64,000 nt of DNA from Pavona decussata (taxonomy: Eukaryota). The position numbers were made by a program, and so were the translations under genes. Position 1 is the stretch's first letter. Each line of letters starts with the position of its first letter. Of this stretch, positions 23,955 to 37,348 are shown piece after piece. The notes beneath the pieces were generated by a model. The model did not search any database. It was not told the DNA's origin and saw nothing but the letters and a program-made list of their open reading frames with translations. The DNA is taken from contig CDRNST010000257.1 in the NCBI GenBank assembly GCA_977016875.1, forward strand, positions 62,001 through 126,000. Direction: 5' to 3'.

Positions 23955-26900
23955 TGCTAGGTGAATTGGGTATCAAGGATGAAAGCAATGCACAGGAATT
24001 GAAGCAAAATCTTGTAAGTAATGTTTAAAAACAGTTGGCACATATAACTGCTCCCACATCTATACATTCTAATATGAAGTGCTTATGAAGTCCTTAAAGA
24101 AAAGATGTGTCAACTGTTTTGCATCATTTCAGGATTCAAACAACTCAATTTCACATGCCGGAAGACAGGCCTCAAGACTGCTGAAAGTCAACTGTTTGAC
24201 ATGTTTCCAGGAGAGACTAAAGAAAACATTGAGTGCTCTACAAGGAAATGATCTGACAGGGGCTATTGATATCCTCTTGAATAAAGGGAGTAAAGGGTTG
24301 GGTATGTGAAGTAGATTAAGATAGTTTTGATTATAATGTAAATGTCTGTAAGATCATGTGACACATGAACGCATTTGAACTGGGGTTTTTTCAGAAAAAC
24401 CTGTTTTGTTTTGAACTGACTAAAAACCAACTGTTTTTTATTAGAAAACTTTCCAGTTCAGGCCCTGGACCAAAATTAATGACTACATTGTTGCTTAATG
24501 CAGTACACATAAATTATAGTTTAATTTATTTGGTATATAGCATTCCTATGTTGTTAAAATATTTTAAACGCAGTGTATTGTGTCAATTTAAATGTGAAGG
24601 TGAGGAGAGTGTCGAGGACTGGATGCAGATGCCACTTGCTGCAGATGGCAAGATCAGAAAGCTGGATGCCCAAGATGCTATACGGCAGTTTATTAAAGGT
24701 GTTACCCTGCCTTCTGCACCGGATGTAGATCTGGTTATTAAAAGGGAAAAAAGCATTCTTAACCAAGTTTTTAGGAAGTACAAGAGCCCTACTTTTGATG
24801 TGCGCAGTCCGATCAACGTTCAGTTCCACAGCTCTGGCGTACCTGAACCTAGGGTTGATGCGGGGGGCCCAACAAGGGCCTTCATTCATCAACTAATGAA
24901 TGAGTTAGTCAGGGGGAGTCTGAATGGAATAAGATTGTTCGAGGGTGAGATGGGCAATCTGACACCTTCCTTCGACTACGACTTGGTTTTGAGCTGCCTC
25001 TTTGTTATGGTTGGGAGGATGATCCTCCATTCTGTGATACACGAATGCCGAGGTCTACCAGGTATCTCACCAGCAGTGATTAGTCATGTCGTAAGCGGAA
25101 GCAGAGACACTGTGTTGGAACATCTCGATGTCAAAGATATACCAGACCCTTGTCTCTGCCAGAATCTTTGCGAGGTACATGCAAATTAATGCATACACAT
25201 CAGCCAATTTCAAGCACGATCATGCCCCCCCCCCCCCTCACCCCCTTCAGGCAACCTCAGGGCATTTGACCCCTCTGCAGAACTTGAACCCGAACAACTG
25301 TGATTACCTGTGCAGTGCTCTAGCCACTTGAGCTGCCATACTTTTCCATCTCAAGTAAGTGGAAGACACCACTTATTGAGTACCCAGTAATTTGTCCATA
25401 TAGTGTGGAATTTGACCAATGTGTTTTGGAAAACTCAGATGTCCAATGTCATTATACAGATTCTTCATACTAAACCTTATACATGTTTTCATTGACGTAT
25501 TAGTCCCCTCCCTGTGGTGATAGTTTTTTTTTTTAATAATCATGATCTCGTCTGCTGATGATGGGTTGATATTGTGAGGGAATTTTGATGCTCACGTTTC
25601 ACTAGGTTAAAGTGTAACTGTGCAGTATTTAATGCTTGTATGTGTAAACATCTTTTTGTAAATTTTCTTTTCATTTTAAACAAATGTACAGTCTATATAA
25701 GAAACTGTACATACTTCTGCCATTTGTAAGTAATGCTTCTAAAAAATGATTTACATACAAAATGATATACTGGTCATGCACAGTGAAGTGCTTTCCAGTA
25801 TATTAATTTCCTGCGAGACATGGTAAAGTCACATGTATATTTTCTCTGTAGACAATTGTTTTCTATGCATGTAATGGTCAAAGGATGCCATATGGAGGTG
25901 TAGTTTAGACGTTTTTACCTTTTTACTTTTTAGCTTCTGAACTGCAGTGATGAGGAGTTAAACAACTTTACTTGCAGCCAGGATCCACATAACATTGCAG
26001 ACACACTGATGGCTGCAGGCTTCCCACATCTCCAGGTGACTCCTGCCACACGAACACTGGCCTATGAATATTGCCTCACACATGAAGTTATCACCAAACG
26101 GCTTCCTGCACTAGATTGTCTTAGAAAGGGGTTGAGTTCTGAGCGTGTAATGGGGACAAGCCTGCTTGACTTGTCACAGCAACATCCCGCTGTCAAACTA
26201 CTCGTATTTCCAGAAGCAGGTGAAGCAGTGGAAGTATCAGAGCTCAGAAGGCTGATCAAGTATGACATGACAAACGAAGATGCAGATGTTTCAGCAAAAG
26301 GGTATTTTGATGAATACCTAGATGATCTTTATGCACGAGGTAAACTTCTCTTTCCTTTTCTATTCCATGGTTTTCATCTTCATCTGACTCGTCAATTGTT
26401 CCTGTACTCAGCTGCTGACAGAGGTCTCTTAGTTTAGTAGCCTTTTGTTGCAGCAGGTGAGAGACCCCTGGAAACAAGGATTGATTTTCTATTGTTATAC
26501 AAAATGTGCATACATACTATGTGGGATATGTATAATGCTTTGCCATGCATGTTGTTACTTCAGAGCTGTAGAATGTCATATCTGGTTTGTTTGCACAGGC
26601 AACTGAACCTGAAATCCGTATATACACATCAGTTGGCAACTAACAATAAAATGGCTGCATAGTCCAGGTCAACTATCGGAGGAACAAAGGCTGTCACAAA
26701 TGATTAATTTTGTTTGATTGTGGTTTCATAGTATACCAGCAGAAGATTCCATCTGCCTTACTTGTTTTAAACCAGTCATGAGCTGGTTAAAACCATTTTT
26801 AATTGTTTGTCTTAAGCAAATTCCTCAACAGGGGTATGTGAAAGAATTTAAAAAGTTGTTGTTTGCAGAGCTCTCTCTAGCATTTTCCAGCTTTCTCTCC

Positions 26901-27490
26901 ATCCCGACTTTCCCTCCTCCCAGTATGGCTTTATGTCATTACAGTGCGGACACTTGAACTGTGAACGGTTAAGGCTTTTTTTTTCAAATGCTTTCCAATC
27001 AGCAACTTAGCCCTTGAAAACAACGAATCCGACCCTTTTTGACCACATCAAATCAAAAAAAAAAATGTAAATTTCTTGGCATGCAATACATTTTCTTTCA
27101 TCTGTTTAGATCACAGAGAAAAAAAAGTCGAAAAAAAGCTTTCACTGTTCACGATTCAAGTCTCCGCACTGTAAATGTCTCAGATATTGTTGTTTCTCTT
27201 TATGTCTTAAACGGTCGGATATTTTCTCTTTTTTTTTTAACCTAGGGTGCCAAGGGGAAGAAAGATTGAATGACCTTTTACAATTCTGGACTGGTTGACC
27301 CTCCCTGCCCATGTTGGATGAGAAATTAAGCGTTGTCTTCCTGTCATGTGAAACCTCTAAACTTCTCACTGAGACAGACACTTGCTTTAAATTGCTGAAG
27401 ATTCCCACTTGGCACCGGGAATACCATGAGTTATTAAGTTTCATGGATCTATCACTTTCCCATGGAAAAGTAGGTTTTGGGAAGTTTTAG
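23955..27490 (+). pseudogene. Spliced CUE-domain + HECT E3 ubiquitin ligase (G2E3-like) pseudogene
   Basis: GT-AG exons at ~23955-24013, 24133-24301 (CUE-like QLFDMFP...GNDLTGAIDILL, frameshifted), ~24600-25174 (HECT N-lobe VDAGGPTRAF..LFEG..VGRMILHS), 25934-26339 and 27246-27490 (LLQFWTG*..TETDTCFKLLKIP..GFGKF*). Catalytic Cys codon at 27383-85; in-frame TGA at 27296. The 5' part is lost at the AcademX junction. Confidence 0.85.
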
Positions 27491-28839
27491 TACCCTATTC
27501 ACAGTCATGATTACATTGCAGATTTACATATGTTACTGTTGACATTGTTCTTACGGAGCCAGGCAGAAATATTTTCTCTTACAATATTATTTGAGAATTA
27601 TGTTTGTTGAAGTTTCCTTTATAACTTGAAAATATGTGTTATCTACTTGAAAAAACAAAACAAAAACACGGTCACCTTTTAAAGTTAACAACAATTTTAA
27701 ACTCTGTTTATTGTATTTGTTTGAAAATCATTTTTATGTAATTGTATAAAGGTGACAATTTTAAAATTCATCATGCTATTACTTTTTTAATATTAGTTTG
27801 TTCAATGAATGAGCAAATACGTATCTGTATCATAACATTAAGAGAGTCTCTATTTTCAATTACAATACCCCTATCTGGAGTTCGAAATGGAGAGGTTTAC
27901 CTAAAGAACTCCCCACCGCTAGAAAACATGACATTCGCTGGGGCCACACAGACCTAAATCAAAATAAAGTCTCTAAATCACGCTTTAACAGGTATAACAA
28001 TTTAGTTGACACAGGCACATTAGCGGGGTTTTACTACATGCTCTATTTCCTCCAGTAGCTATGTATTTGGACACTATTATTGATAAATTGAAAAGGGATT
28101 CAGAGTATTAAAAAAAAGGGTATAGGAAACAAAATGATGGTGTAACAGTTATCATCCGGAACACAGGGAACAGCTTGAGACATTGCCACATATATGTACA
28201 CGTGTAATCTTATGTTGCTTTAAGCCAACAGGCCCTGAACCTCAGAGCATAACGAGCATGTGAATGTGAATCTGAAGATATAACAAGATTATTCAACACT
28301 GTACTGCATCGATTATATTCCTGTAGCCTTAAGAAAATAACTGGCAGTAAACAGGTTTAAATTAAGAATAGAAGTTAAAATTCAATGTAATGTGAGTGAC
28401 AACTTTCAATTTATTTACACACATTGAATACTAAGCTGCCCTAAGTTACATCTCCTTAGAGTCAAGAAACAAATAATGTGACTTTTTTATGGAATTCAAA
28501 GCCAGTAGGCCAATTTCGATTTATTAAACTTCTATCTTAACTCCCAGGCTTAGGGAAATAAAAGAAATTTATTTCTCATTCTTGATGATCAATTCTTTTG
28601 TTTTATGCCCCTAAACCTCACAACCAAGTATGAATTTTGGTATAATATTGAAATTTGCCTATTATAATTTATTGTAATGTACCCACAATGCAACTTATTC
28701 CCTATGGTAGATCACTACTGTTACAATATAATTTCCACATAAGCCAAATTTTAATGCCCTTTACACCAGATGAACATTTAATAGCACAATTTGAAGTATG
28801 AGCTGATATGTGACCGTGCACGGGAAAACGTACCTTAAC

Positions 28840-29132
28840 GCTTATCCGTTAAACGGGCAAAAGCGTTAGGCATCCGTTAGTCATCCGTTAGAAAGTTTTC
28901 TTAAGAGCGTTAGAGGCGTAAGCCTAACTGTTAGACCTTAGCATCGGGCCGTTAGAACGGATAGTGCAGCCGTTAGCAAAAGACATGTATCCATTAGCCG
29001 TTAGCATCAGACCGTTAGACTGGACAGCATAACCGTTAGAGAACAATCTGTATCCGTTAGCACGGCTAGAGAAGCCGTTAGGATCCGTTAGAATAAACCA
29101 GCACCCGTTAAACGGGTAACGATTCCGTTAGA
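28840..29132 (+). repeat. Left array of CCGTTAG-like motifs with variable spacers
   Basis: Roughly 17 copies of (C/G)CGTTA(G/A), spaced about 10-25 bp apart. Confidence 0.9.
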
Positions 29133-30852
29133 ATAGCATGACATGCGTTGAAGTAGAATGTGGTCGCCTAAACACACTGTGAAACAAGAGCCTAACGGAG
29201 GGTGGCTCTTGTAGTTGGCTTCCATTTAGTTCAAAAGAATCATGAGATATAGCTAGGAACGCAGGAACTATCTTTACCGCGAAATCAGACAGTTTTGTAA
29301 ACCAGGAACGGAAGATATCGTGTTCCGGCTCCATGAAATTAAGTCACAAAAATAAATTACGACCCGGAATAAAATCAGTAAATTCAACAGACTTCTCTCC
29401 TCCAGCGCGCTTCGGTTCCGATTTGCATATTTGTTGACTTACCATGAACTTTCCCTCACTCTACCTTGAGCATTTACTGTCTCCGGCCGCAAAAGGTAAT
29501 CGTTCAGTTGACTTTTAAGATGCAAAGCAATTCCGTTGGTTAAGGGCTTGGGGTAAAATAGGAAACTTCAATTTTGCAAAATTTCATTCGGGTCCAGTGT
29601 GAGCGTTAAGATCGATTACCCATAACAAACGCAAACACTGCGAGTCTACTGAGTACCGCAAATTAACGCTTGACGCATTTCTATATTCAGTACGTTCGCT
29701 TGGATAAAGCCAAAATACCATCTTTTACAAGATTTAAAGCTTCTACTAACGTTATAAAGTACTGACAGAAGGCGTCGATCGGACGTAGAAAGGAATTGCC
29801 ACGCTGAAAACACTGGCAAGATTTTGGTCACGTGCTAGGCAACCAAATTTCTTCACATGTATCAAGTTACATTCGGCAGGCTTCAATTCACAAAGTGTGG
29901 GTTCAAAAATTTGCATAAGGTTGTTTACATTTTCCAAGATGTGAGAAACGGACATATTCCGGCGGGAAGTTTGATGAATATTTTGATAACCTGTTGTCTC
30001 GTTCTCTCTGACTCTGAATCAGAAGAAACCAACTTTAAACAACATGTATGTGACAAAAACAACTTTATCTGATGAAACCAGCGCCAACAAAACGCTCGTC
30101 GCTTCGAGACTCGTGAATCCAAAGGTACCGCTTTTCGCATTCTGTCAAGAAATTGAGAGCGTGATCTTTTGCGAATCCACAGCTGGATTAAACAGTTACT
30201 TTAAATAGCTCTAGACAAAGTCATTGTGTAAAATAAGTATAACCGACAAAACCATTTGAGTAAAACAATAAAAAATGTTCACCCCGACTGGCAAGTGAAA
30301 TTGTTTACACGCTCGTTTAGCGACGTTAGCCTTGGACCAACTTCTCATCTCACACGATAATCATCATCCAAGGACTTGAATTCTGCATTTGTTTATCTCG
30401 ATGAGGAAGTGATAGTTTATATCAATGAGTTTTGCTTTTGGTGGAAATAACTATACTTATGTTTGTCTCATCGATGACTGGCGAAATCGGCACTTTGTGA
30501 TTCTTTTTAAAAAAAAAGTGAGTGTAATTAAAAAAGCCGCCATTACACCTTGAAACTTTTAGCTGAAACTTGTGTGCAACGGCGCTGCGAAACAAGTTTC
30601 AGCATGCGTTGCACCCTGTAACATGGTCGGTTTCGTGAAACTTTTTCGAACTTCCGTTGCGAGACAAGTTTCACGAAAAGTAGAACCGCTTTCTACTTCT
30701 GCAACGGCTCGCAACGGTGAAAAAACGAGAGTTTCACCGTGTAACACCACTTTGTGAAACTGGTCTCGTTTGGTCTTGTCACGTTTCGCTGCGTAAGCCA
30801 ATCAGAAACCGGGACAAGTCGGCCATGATTCATTGCAAGCATCCAAAACAAA

Positions 30853-31949
30853 ATGGCGGACGAACACACAAGCGATGGCGATGTGGAGGAGAATGAAATA
30901 CAAGAGAAAGCACAAGAGAAAACGTTTAGTATCGAAGAAAAGAAAATGTTGCTCAGTATTGTAGAAGAGAACAGATGCCTTTGGGATAGCGCATCCCCCG
31001 ATGCCTATTAGCATCATCACTGGAGACAACCCCCGACTGCATTAAAAAGAGTCTCCACAGCCTCAGGACATCAATGGTAAGAGAGGTAAAGAGAAGTAAG
31101 GGGAATAGTCAGTTCAAATCGAGATGGAATTTGTACGAATCCATGTTGTTTATGAGGGAAGAAATACTGAGGTCGCTCGAAAGTAAAGAGGAAGAAAAGT
31201 GGACAGACGAGGACATTGAAATGCTGATAAACTTCTACAAGGAGAACCCCCTTTTGTGGGATATTAGTTTACAAGAGTACAGAAGCCGAGATTCTAGAAG
31301 GCTAGCATTTAAGAAGCTTAGTGAGTTGCTGAATAAGACAGAAGAAGAGTGTAAGAAGCAGTGGCATAGCCTCAGAGTGCAGTTCAATAAAAACTGCACA
31401 CGTCACGAGTCAAGTAAGAAGAGCGGCTCTGGTACTGATGAGGTGTTTACTCCATCATGGAAGTTTTATGACAGCATGTTGTTTACAAAAGAAAGCCTGG
31501 AAGTTGATGCATCCAGCAGTACTCTAAGTGACTCTTTTAATGACAGTGAGCCAGTGCCAAAAAGGAGGAAGAATATTTCAGTGAAAACAAATGATACTGT
31601 GGATCAATCTGAAAAGGCTAAATTGGACATGTATCAAGCTGCAATTGATGTTCTGAAGGCTCCATCCTCAACTTCTAATGAGGGTCCCTCAGGAAGTGGA
31701 GAAATGGAGGTTTTCGGCAGGCTAGTGGCTGAAACACTATCACGATTTGACGCTAAGCAGAGGGCATTTGCTAAAAAGAGGATCAATGATGTGCTCTTTG
31801 ACATTGAAATGGGTGGCTCACTCCATGGGTCATCTTCATTATCTGTTATACATCCAAACTATTCAAGTACTCCGAGTTCCTTTCATCAAGATTCATCCCA
31901 GCACATGAGCAGTGGTTTACATTCAATGTCTTTTGCATCTCCTTTCTGA
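30853..31949 (+). CDS. Harbinger MADF (Myb/SANT-like) DNA-binding protein; 5' part disrupted
   Basis: ORF 31074-31949 has WTDEDIEMLINFYKENPLLWD..EECKKQWHSLR..SKKSGSG..PSWKFYDSMLF and a BESS-like tail (KKRINDVLFDIE). A remnant of a further MADF repeat starts at ATG 30853. Confidence 0.85.
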
Positions 31950-32907
31950 AATAATATTTAATTATTGGTTAATTTAACAAGTGTGGTCTGTCTCTTTTCA
32001 AGGTGTAATTTATTTCATGTGTGCCTATTACACATTTTTTTATGTCAACTTGATTATCAGTTACTTGTTACAGCGGTGAATAATGCAAAGATGTACATGT
32101 ACGTGTGGTTTACACTATTATTTTGATGAATATCTCAGTTCAAACACCAGTTGCTGTTCAATGTTTTGCCCTCCATCACCCAAATTTATAACTTCAGTTC
32201 AATAACAGCCGAAGTATAGTAGACGACAACAATCTGTTTTTATGTCCTGGACTGGTTGATTTTGGTAGTCATCAGGTTGAAAGATGGAATTCCTAAAAAC
32301 ACCAGTGCAATATCTAGTAGTTGCTGGTGTGTGGACTTATGTAGTGCAGAAAAAGATCAAAAGTAAAGTAGATGTAAGTTTTAAAGTCACTCAAATGTAT
32401 TTGCTAATAGAATACACCCATGCCTAAACATGGTTGCTGGTACTTTATTCAACTTGGTTGTGTTAATAATGGTAACTCTGAAAAAAATTAATTATGGGTT
32501 CATGTAAATTGAATATTCAACTACATTAACCTTAACGTTAATTTTGTTCTTGTTCTTGATAATCCTAAAATGAATGGATACCAGTATACAATACGGGTGA
32601 TAGTTTATCTTCTGTAGTGAAATGGACTGAATGCATAAATGGTGGCCAAAAAATTATTATTTTGTCCTAGTGCTAGTAGACCCACTATTGTCATTTGCAC
32701 AACAAAAATACAAATGAAATGTTTCTTTATAGCAAGGCTAGTTGGTCTAATTAGCACAAAGAAAAGGAATGATTCATTGACCACTGTATATGCATTCGGT
32801 CTATACATAGTTCTATATTTTAACTTCAACAAACAGTTAAATTTCAACATTGTGGTATTGGTACAAGGTTGCTTGTCTCAAATTATCACATTTACACAGT
32901 ACCTGAA

Positions 32908-33509
32908 GGTGGCTTAAACCAGTAACAACAATTTTGGAAGGAATGTCTTATTTTAAAGGATAACTCTACAATCCTGTTTCACAAAATGGCAAGGTTATGG
33001 TACCACATAAAATAGCATTAATTGCTTAACAAGATGCATTCATTGATATGATGTAGTAGGTCACCATGGCCACAAAAAACACACCTTAAAGCGCTCTATA
33101 TTTTGTCTTTAAGCGCTTATATCTCAAAAACGAACCCTGACCCCCAATTTTTATTTTCGAAAAGTAGTTAGCAGCTCATATAGAACTCTCTGTGAAGTTT
33201 GAAAAATCCTCTGGAGAGCTTTCAGAAAATGTTTTTTACACTTTGCAGAGAGTTTTATTTAAGTCTGTTTATCACTTTCCAGGAATAGAAATTGGGTTCA
33301 CCGAGTTCGTTTTTGAGATGTAAGTGTTTAAAGACAAAATATAGGGCATTTCTAAATGGCTCCTTTGTTGCCATGATGATATATTACATCACATAAGTGA
33401 GTCCATCTAGTTAAGCAATTATTGGTGTTTGGTATGTGAAACAGTGCTGTAGAGTTAATCCTTCTAATTAGACATTCCTTCCAAATTGTTGAGACTGATT
33501 CGAACCACC
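32908..33509. mobile_element. Kolobok-type MITE nested in the Harbinger
   Basis: GGTGG..AAACCAGT..CAACAATTTTGGAAGGAATGTC / GACATTCCTTCCAAATTGTTG..ACTG..AACCACC, with long imperfect arms. Flanks are TGAA and TTAA (degenerate TTAA TSD). Confidence 0.7.
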
Positions 33510-33775
33510 TTAAGAAGATGTTCATATTCATTCACCCTTCTCTGCACAGATCGGACAATTTGTAGAGAAGGAATGTATACAATTTAAACTAACAGAAACC
33601 AGTAGCTGAAAAAAAAAAAACAGTCAATAGTAAATTCAGGAGATCTACCCTTTTGTTTTTTTTTTTTTGCTTGATTGATGTAAAGGCATAAATGCAGATG
33701 TACATCTAGTAGGCTTTGTTGTGTAGTAAATGTTTAAGTTTTCAAAAGATGTAGGATTGTGTTTATGCACATTGT

Positions 33776-35196
33776 TCAAACAATGCCACATTGTCGCCAT
33801 TGCCAGGGCACAACTCCCTCATTATTAAAGTACTCCTTGAACTCATCCCTTATCTGCTTTGCTCTCATCCCATAATTATTGCTGCACTGGGGATTAAAAT
33901 CCTCCCAAACTGGAGCAAAAGACTGAGCTCTCCATGTTCCAGGTGTTACATCACCAGTAGCTTCATCTTCTGAGTCAACAAGGGTACTTGATACATCAGA
34001 CCTGTAGAAAAGTACAAATAAAATGCTTTTTACAAATGGGATCACTGTGAACAGAATGTTATGGCTCTCCCTCCTTTGTGGTTGTTGAGGTAATGTCTAT
34101 ACAGGATTCCTATGGGAGTCTCTAGTTAAGCCTTACCGTAGTAGATTATGGAGGGTAAGTGCTGCCAAGACTATTTCCTTCACTTTTCCAGGCCCAAGTA
34201 ACATTGGGGAACAAAAGATTCTCCATCTGCTAACGAGGATTCCAAATCCATTTTCAGAAATCCTTCTCATCCGAGATAACCTGTAATTAAAAATCCTCTC
34301 CTCAACAGTCATCTTACTTTGAGGATATGGCTTCATAAGATAGTCTGTTAAGCCAAAGGCATCATCCCCAGTTAGCACATATGGTACAGGCATGGCCCTG
34401 ACTGGGAGTGGTTTAGGATCTGGTAGGTTCAGTGGATTATCTTCAGAACTAAGTAAACTTTTGAGATCACTTCGTTGCCATACGCCACCATCTGATGCAC
34501 GCCCATTGGCCCCCACATCTGCCCAAAGGCATTCATAGTCACCTCCAAAGATAGCCATCAAAATTATACTGTTATGACCTTTGTAGTCATAATATCTTGA
34601 CCAAGAATTTTGAGGCTGTTGGATCAAGACTCTCTTCCCATCCAAAGCTCCTATTCCGTTTGGAAAGTTCCAACGACTTTCAAAGCGTTGAGCAACAGAT
34701 ATCCACTCTTCTTGGGTGGATGGTGTCTTCAAGTACCTTGGCCCTAGAATATCAAATATTGCTTGGCATGTCTCGACAACAACGGAGGAAATGCAAGTAC
34801 GACTTATACGAAAGCTGTACTCAAGCGACTTGAATGTTTCCCCAGTGGCCAGATATCTAAGAGTCACTGCTATTCTTTCATCAGGCCTTATGCTTTCACG
34901 CATCAAGGTGTCTTTCTTTTCAATTGCATATCCCACACTGTCCACGAGGAATCGAAATTTCTGCCCATTTACTCGAAAGAACTCTGTGTATGCAACTTCG
35001 TCTTCAAGTTCAAGTTCTTTGACCAACTGATGGTAAACTCCTTTGGTTCTTCTTCTTTTTATCCAGTCCCTTGTCCAGACTACTCTGTTTCTTTTCCGAG
35101 CATCCTTTTTTTGCCTTCTTCTTCAAGTCCTTCAAACATGTCTACTAATATTAAGACTGCCAACGCTCGTCTCTTCTTATCTCGTGAGGCGGCCAT
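33776..35196 (-). CDS. Harbinger DDE transposase (HARBI1-like nuclease), 2 exons, N-terminal frameshift
   Basis: ERIAVTLRYLATG, FPNGIGALDGKRV (D), VLTGDDAF (D), FNYRLSRMRRISENGFG (E), LHNLL. Phase-consistent GT-AG intron at 34136-34002. Frameshift at ~35090. Confidence 0.9.
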
Positions 35197-35499
35197 GTTT
35201 ACATTTTGGACTTTCGCGCGCTCACGGCCAAGGGCATGGAACTGGTATCGAATTATTTTGCGGGAATCTGGTAACAACATTTTGAGACCAGTTTCAACGT
35301 TCCCAAACAAGCTTCGACATTTTATGTTACACGGTGCAATGCCTGCTGAAACTTGTTTTGCAGCGCCGTTGCACACAAGTTTCAGCTAAAAGTTTCACTG
35401 GTAACGGCGGCTACTAATGGTTTGGCCTGCTATGTGTTTATAGCATCCGACTGAAAGCTAAGCTATTCGTTCGTTAAAAGTCCTTAGTTGTAAACCATC

Positions 35500-35735
35500 A
35501 GACAACCGTTAAACGGCTCCAGTCATCCGTTAGAACAAATTGGGCAACCGTTAGAACTTTCTCTTCATCCGTTAGGCATACTTAGTTAGCCGTTAGAACA
35601 AAGCGTTAGCATGCTTTGATCATCCGTTAGGCACAATTAGATAACCGTTAGAACGTTAGGATAAAACGTTAGAATGCTGTGCAGGCCGTTAACTATCCGT
35701 TATCTATCCGTCCGTTAGCGACCGTTTAACGGATA
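35500..35735 (+). repeat. Right array of CCGTTAG-like motifs, same orientation as the left array
   Basis: About 14 copies of (C/G/A)CGTTA(G/A) on the + strand. Confidence 0.9.
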
Positions 35736-35772
35736 AGCGTTAAGGTACGTTTTCCCGTGCACGGTCACATAT

Positions 35773-37348
35773 GCTAGAATACCATCCATATCTTGGACTT
35801 CATCCAAAGTAGACAGAACTTCCTGAACTTGTTGTAAGGGGTATTCACTTGACTGAAATTCATTTTCTGGAACCACCACATTGTTGTTTGTTTGTAAACC
35901 TGGCACAGGCCCTTCTTCGTCGATACCACAATTGGGTAGATCAGGTTGGTTATTGCCTTGCAATACATCCTGCACAGCAAAATAAACGTGCTTCTGTAGT
36001 TACATTCAGTTGTCACAGGGTGGTGATTCCAAGAGCATATTAATTCTTGTAGTGCTTTATTAATCAGTGGAAGGTACACCACATGCACGGACCAAAGATG
36101 GATATCACTTAGTGGATTGAACAGTCCATTTCTCTCTAGATACGAGAAAATGTTTACAAACCGACTGCAGACAATTCTATTAACTTCACGCCAAAGACGC
36201 TCAAAACGTTGGTTGTGGACTGATGTCCCAGTTATTATGCATCCTGTGTTCAAACCACACCTTTCGAGCATAACACGTGCTACATCTACATTTTCCATTC
36301 CCATGTCTGTTCTTACATGAGAGAGAAGGTTGTACTGCTGAACAGCATTAAGAAATGACTGAAGAACTGTATCTGCTTTGTTGTTACTGGAAGCATGCAA
36401 GAAAACTATCAAACGTGAATACCCATCAATTCTGCCATGTATGACAATCCTGTAGGGCTCTATCAACTTGTGATTCCCATCCAAATACCTGTATTTGAAC
36501 AATGTAACATATAGTCCAAATTCAAAAAAGGTGGTGGCCTGGGGGCACAACAGCCTTAAATTTCTAAATTTTTCCAAGTCCCCAAGCGATCCCATAGTTT
36601 AGTGCGCACCAACTCTCGACCCAGGCTGCCACTCTTTTTCAAAGTGGCCATTGCAAAATGCATATGTTAGTCTCGACTTAAGTGAATCCCTAATTATTTT
36701 ATTTTTCTGTTATTTGCCCTGGCCTTGAATAGCGCTTTGCTACCTGAGGGGGAAATCTTTCTGTAAACTTTTTTCAATCCTACCCCCACTAAAACCAAGA
36801 AAACCAAAAAATTACCCTCCAAGAACTGAATCGTTTTCAAAAATTACTCCCACCCCTGGAAAAGGTTGTATTTAATATTTTATTATGCCCCCCAGGGGAC
36901 ATAATAAGCGAACAGTTCCTAACTGAAAGTTGTGAGATGAGAGGGAATGTTGGTCTTGGCAGAAAAGAAACGACCTTGCATTTAAAGGGGTAAGAAAGAG
37001 TGCTTACCATAAAGCATTCGGACAGGGGACCTTGTAGGTTCTTCTCACAACACGCCTGGAATTTCGTATGGTCGAACTGATTGGGTCAACCCTTATCATG
37101 GAGTCACGAATTCTTTCCTGCTGTAGTCTAAGACCACGAGCTCTTGTAGCTCCAAGCACCATATCAAGACCTGCTTGAGGTGTAGCGTGAAGAACACCGG
37201 CAACAAGGGTATCCAGTTCATCGTCAGAAATGTGATCAAAATTTTCACCAACAGGCATGTCACATTCTCTTCTTCTTCGTAACGTAATAGGAGAAACTCC
37301 AAAATAACGTGCAATGTCTGCCCATCGAAAGCCTTCCTCTCTCATCAT
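35773..37348 (-). pseudogene. IS3/IS481-like (IS3EU-type) DDE transposase no. 2, spliced; C-terminus continues at 28805-28761
   Basis: Exon 1 carries an HTH (FRWADIARYFGVSPITLRRR..ISDDELD..RRTYKVPCPNALW|GT). Intron at ~37006-36489. Exon 2 has LDGNHKLI..IHGRIDGYSR (D), VRTDMGMEN (D), SVHNQRFERLWREV (E) and WNHHP. Frameshift at ~35985. Confidence 0.88.

Larger units (their letters stand above)
30535..35412. mobile_element. Harbinger (PIF/Harbinger) DNA transposon, nearly full length
   Basis: ~65-bp TIR AGCCGCC.TTAC..TGAAACTTTTAGCTGAAACTTGTGTGCAACGGCGCTGC / GCAGCGCCGTTGCACACAAGTTTCAGCTAAAAGTTTCA..GTAACGGCGGCT. Convergent MADF and DDE nuclease genes. TSD not evident. Confidence 0.92.
28806..35772. 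mobile_element. Non-autonomous TIR DNA transposon with CCGTTAG subterminal arrays, containing a nested Harbinger
   Basis: Perfect ~50-bp TIR ATATGTGACCGTGCACGGGAAAACGTACCTTAACGCTTATCCGTTAAACGG at both ends. TSD is either TA or ATAT. Removing the element restores the end of transposase 2 (GILAY|QLILQIVLLNVHLV*, stop at 28761). Confidence 0.9.

Noticed and set aside
27296-27298. Selenocysteine or readthrough TGA in the HECT C-lobe
   Set aside because: The gene also has a frameshift, I cannot support a SECIS element, and a simple point mutation explains the codon.
28840-29132. CRISPR-like array (short repeat with unique spacers), also at 35500-35735
   Set aside because: The repeat is only ~7 bp, spacing is irregular, there are no cas genes and the context is eukaryotic. 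The arrays are subterminal to a TIR pair.
33776-35196. Domesticated host HARBI1 gene
   Set aside because: It lies within TIRs with a MADF partner, is nested in another transposon and is frameshifted, so it is a transposon copy.
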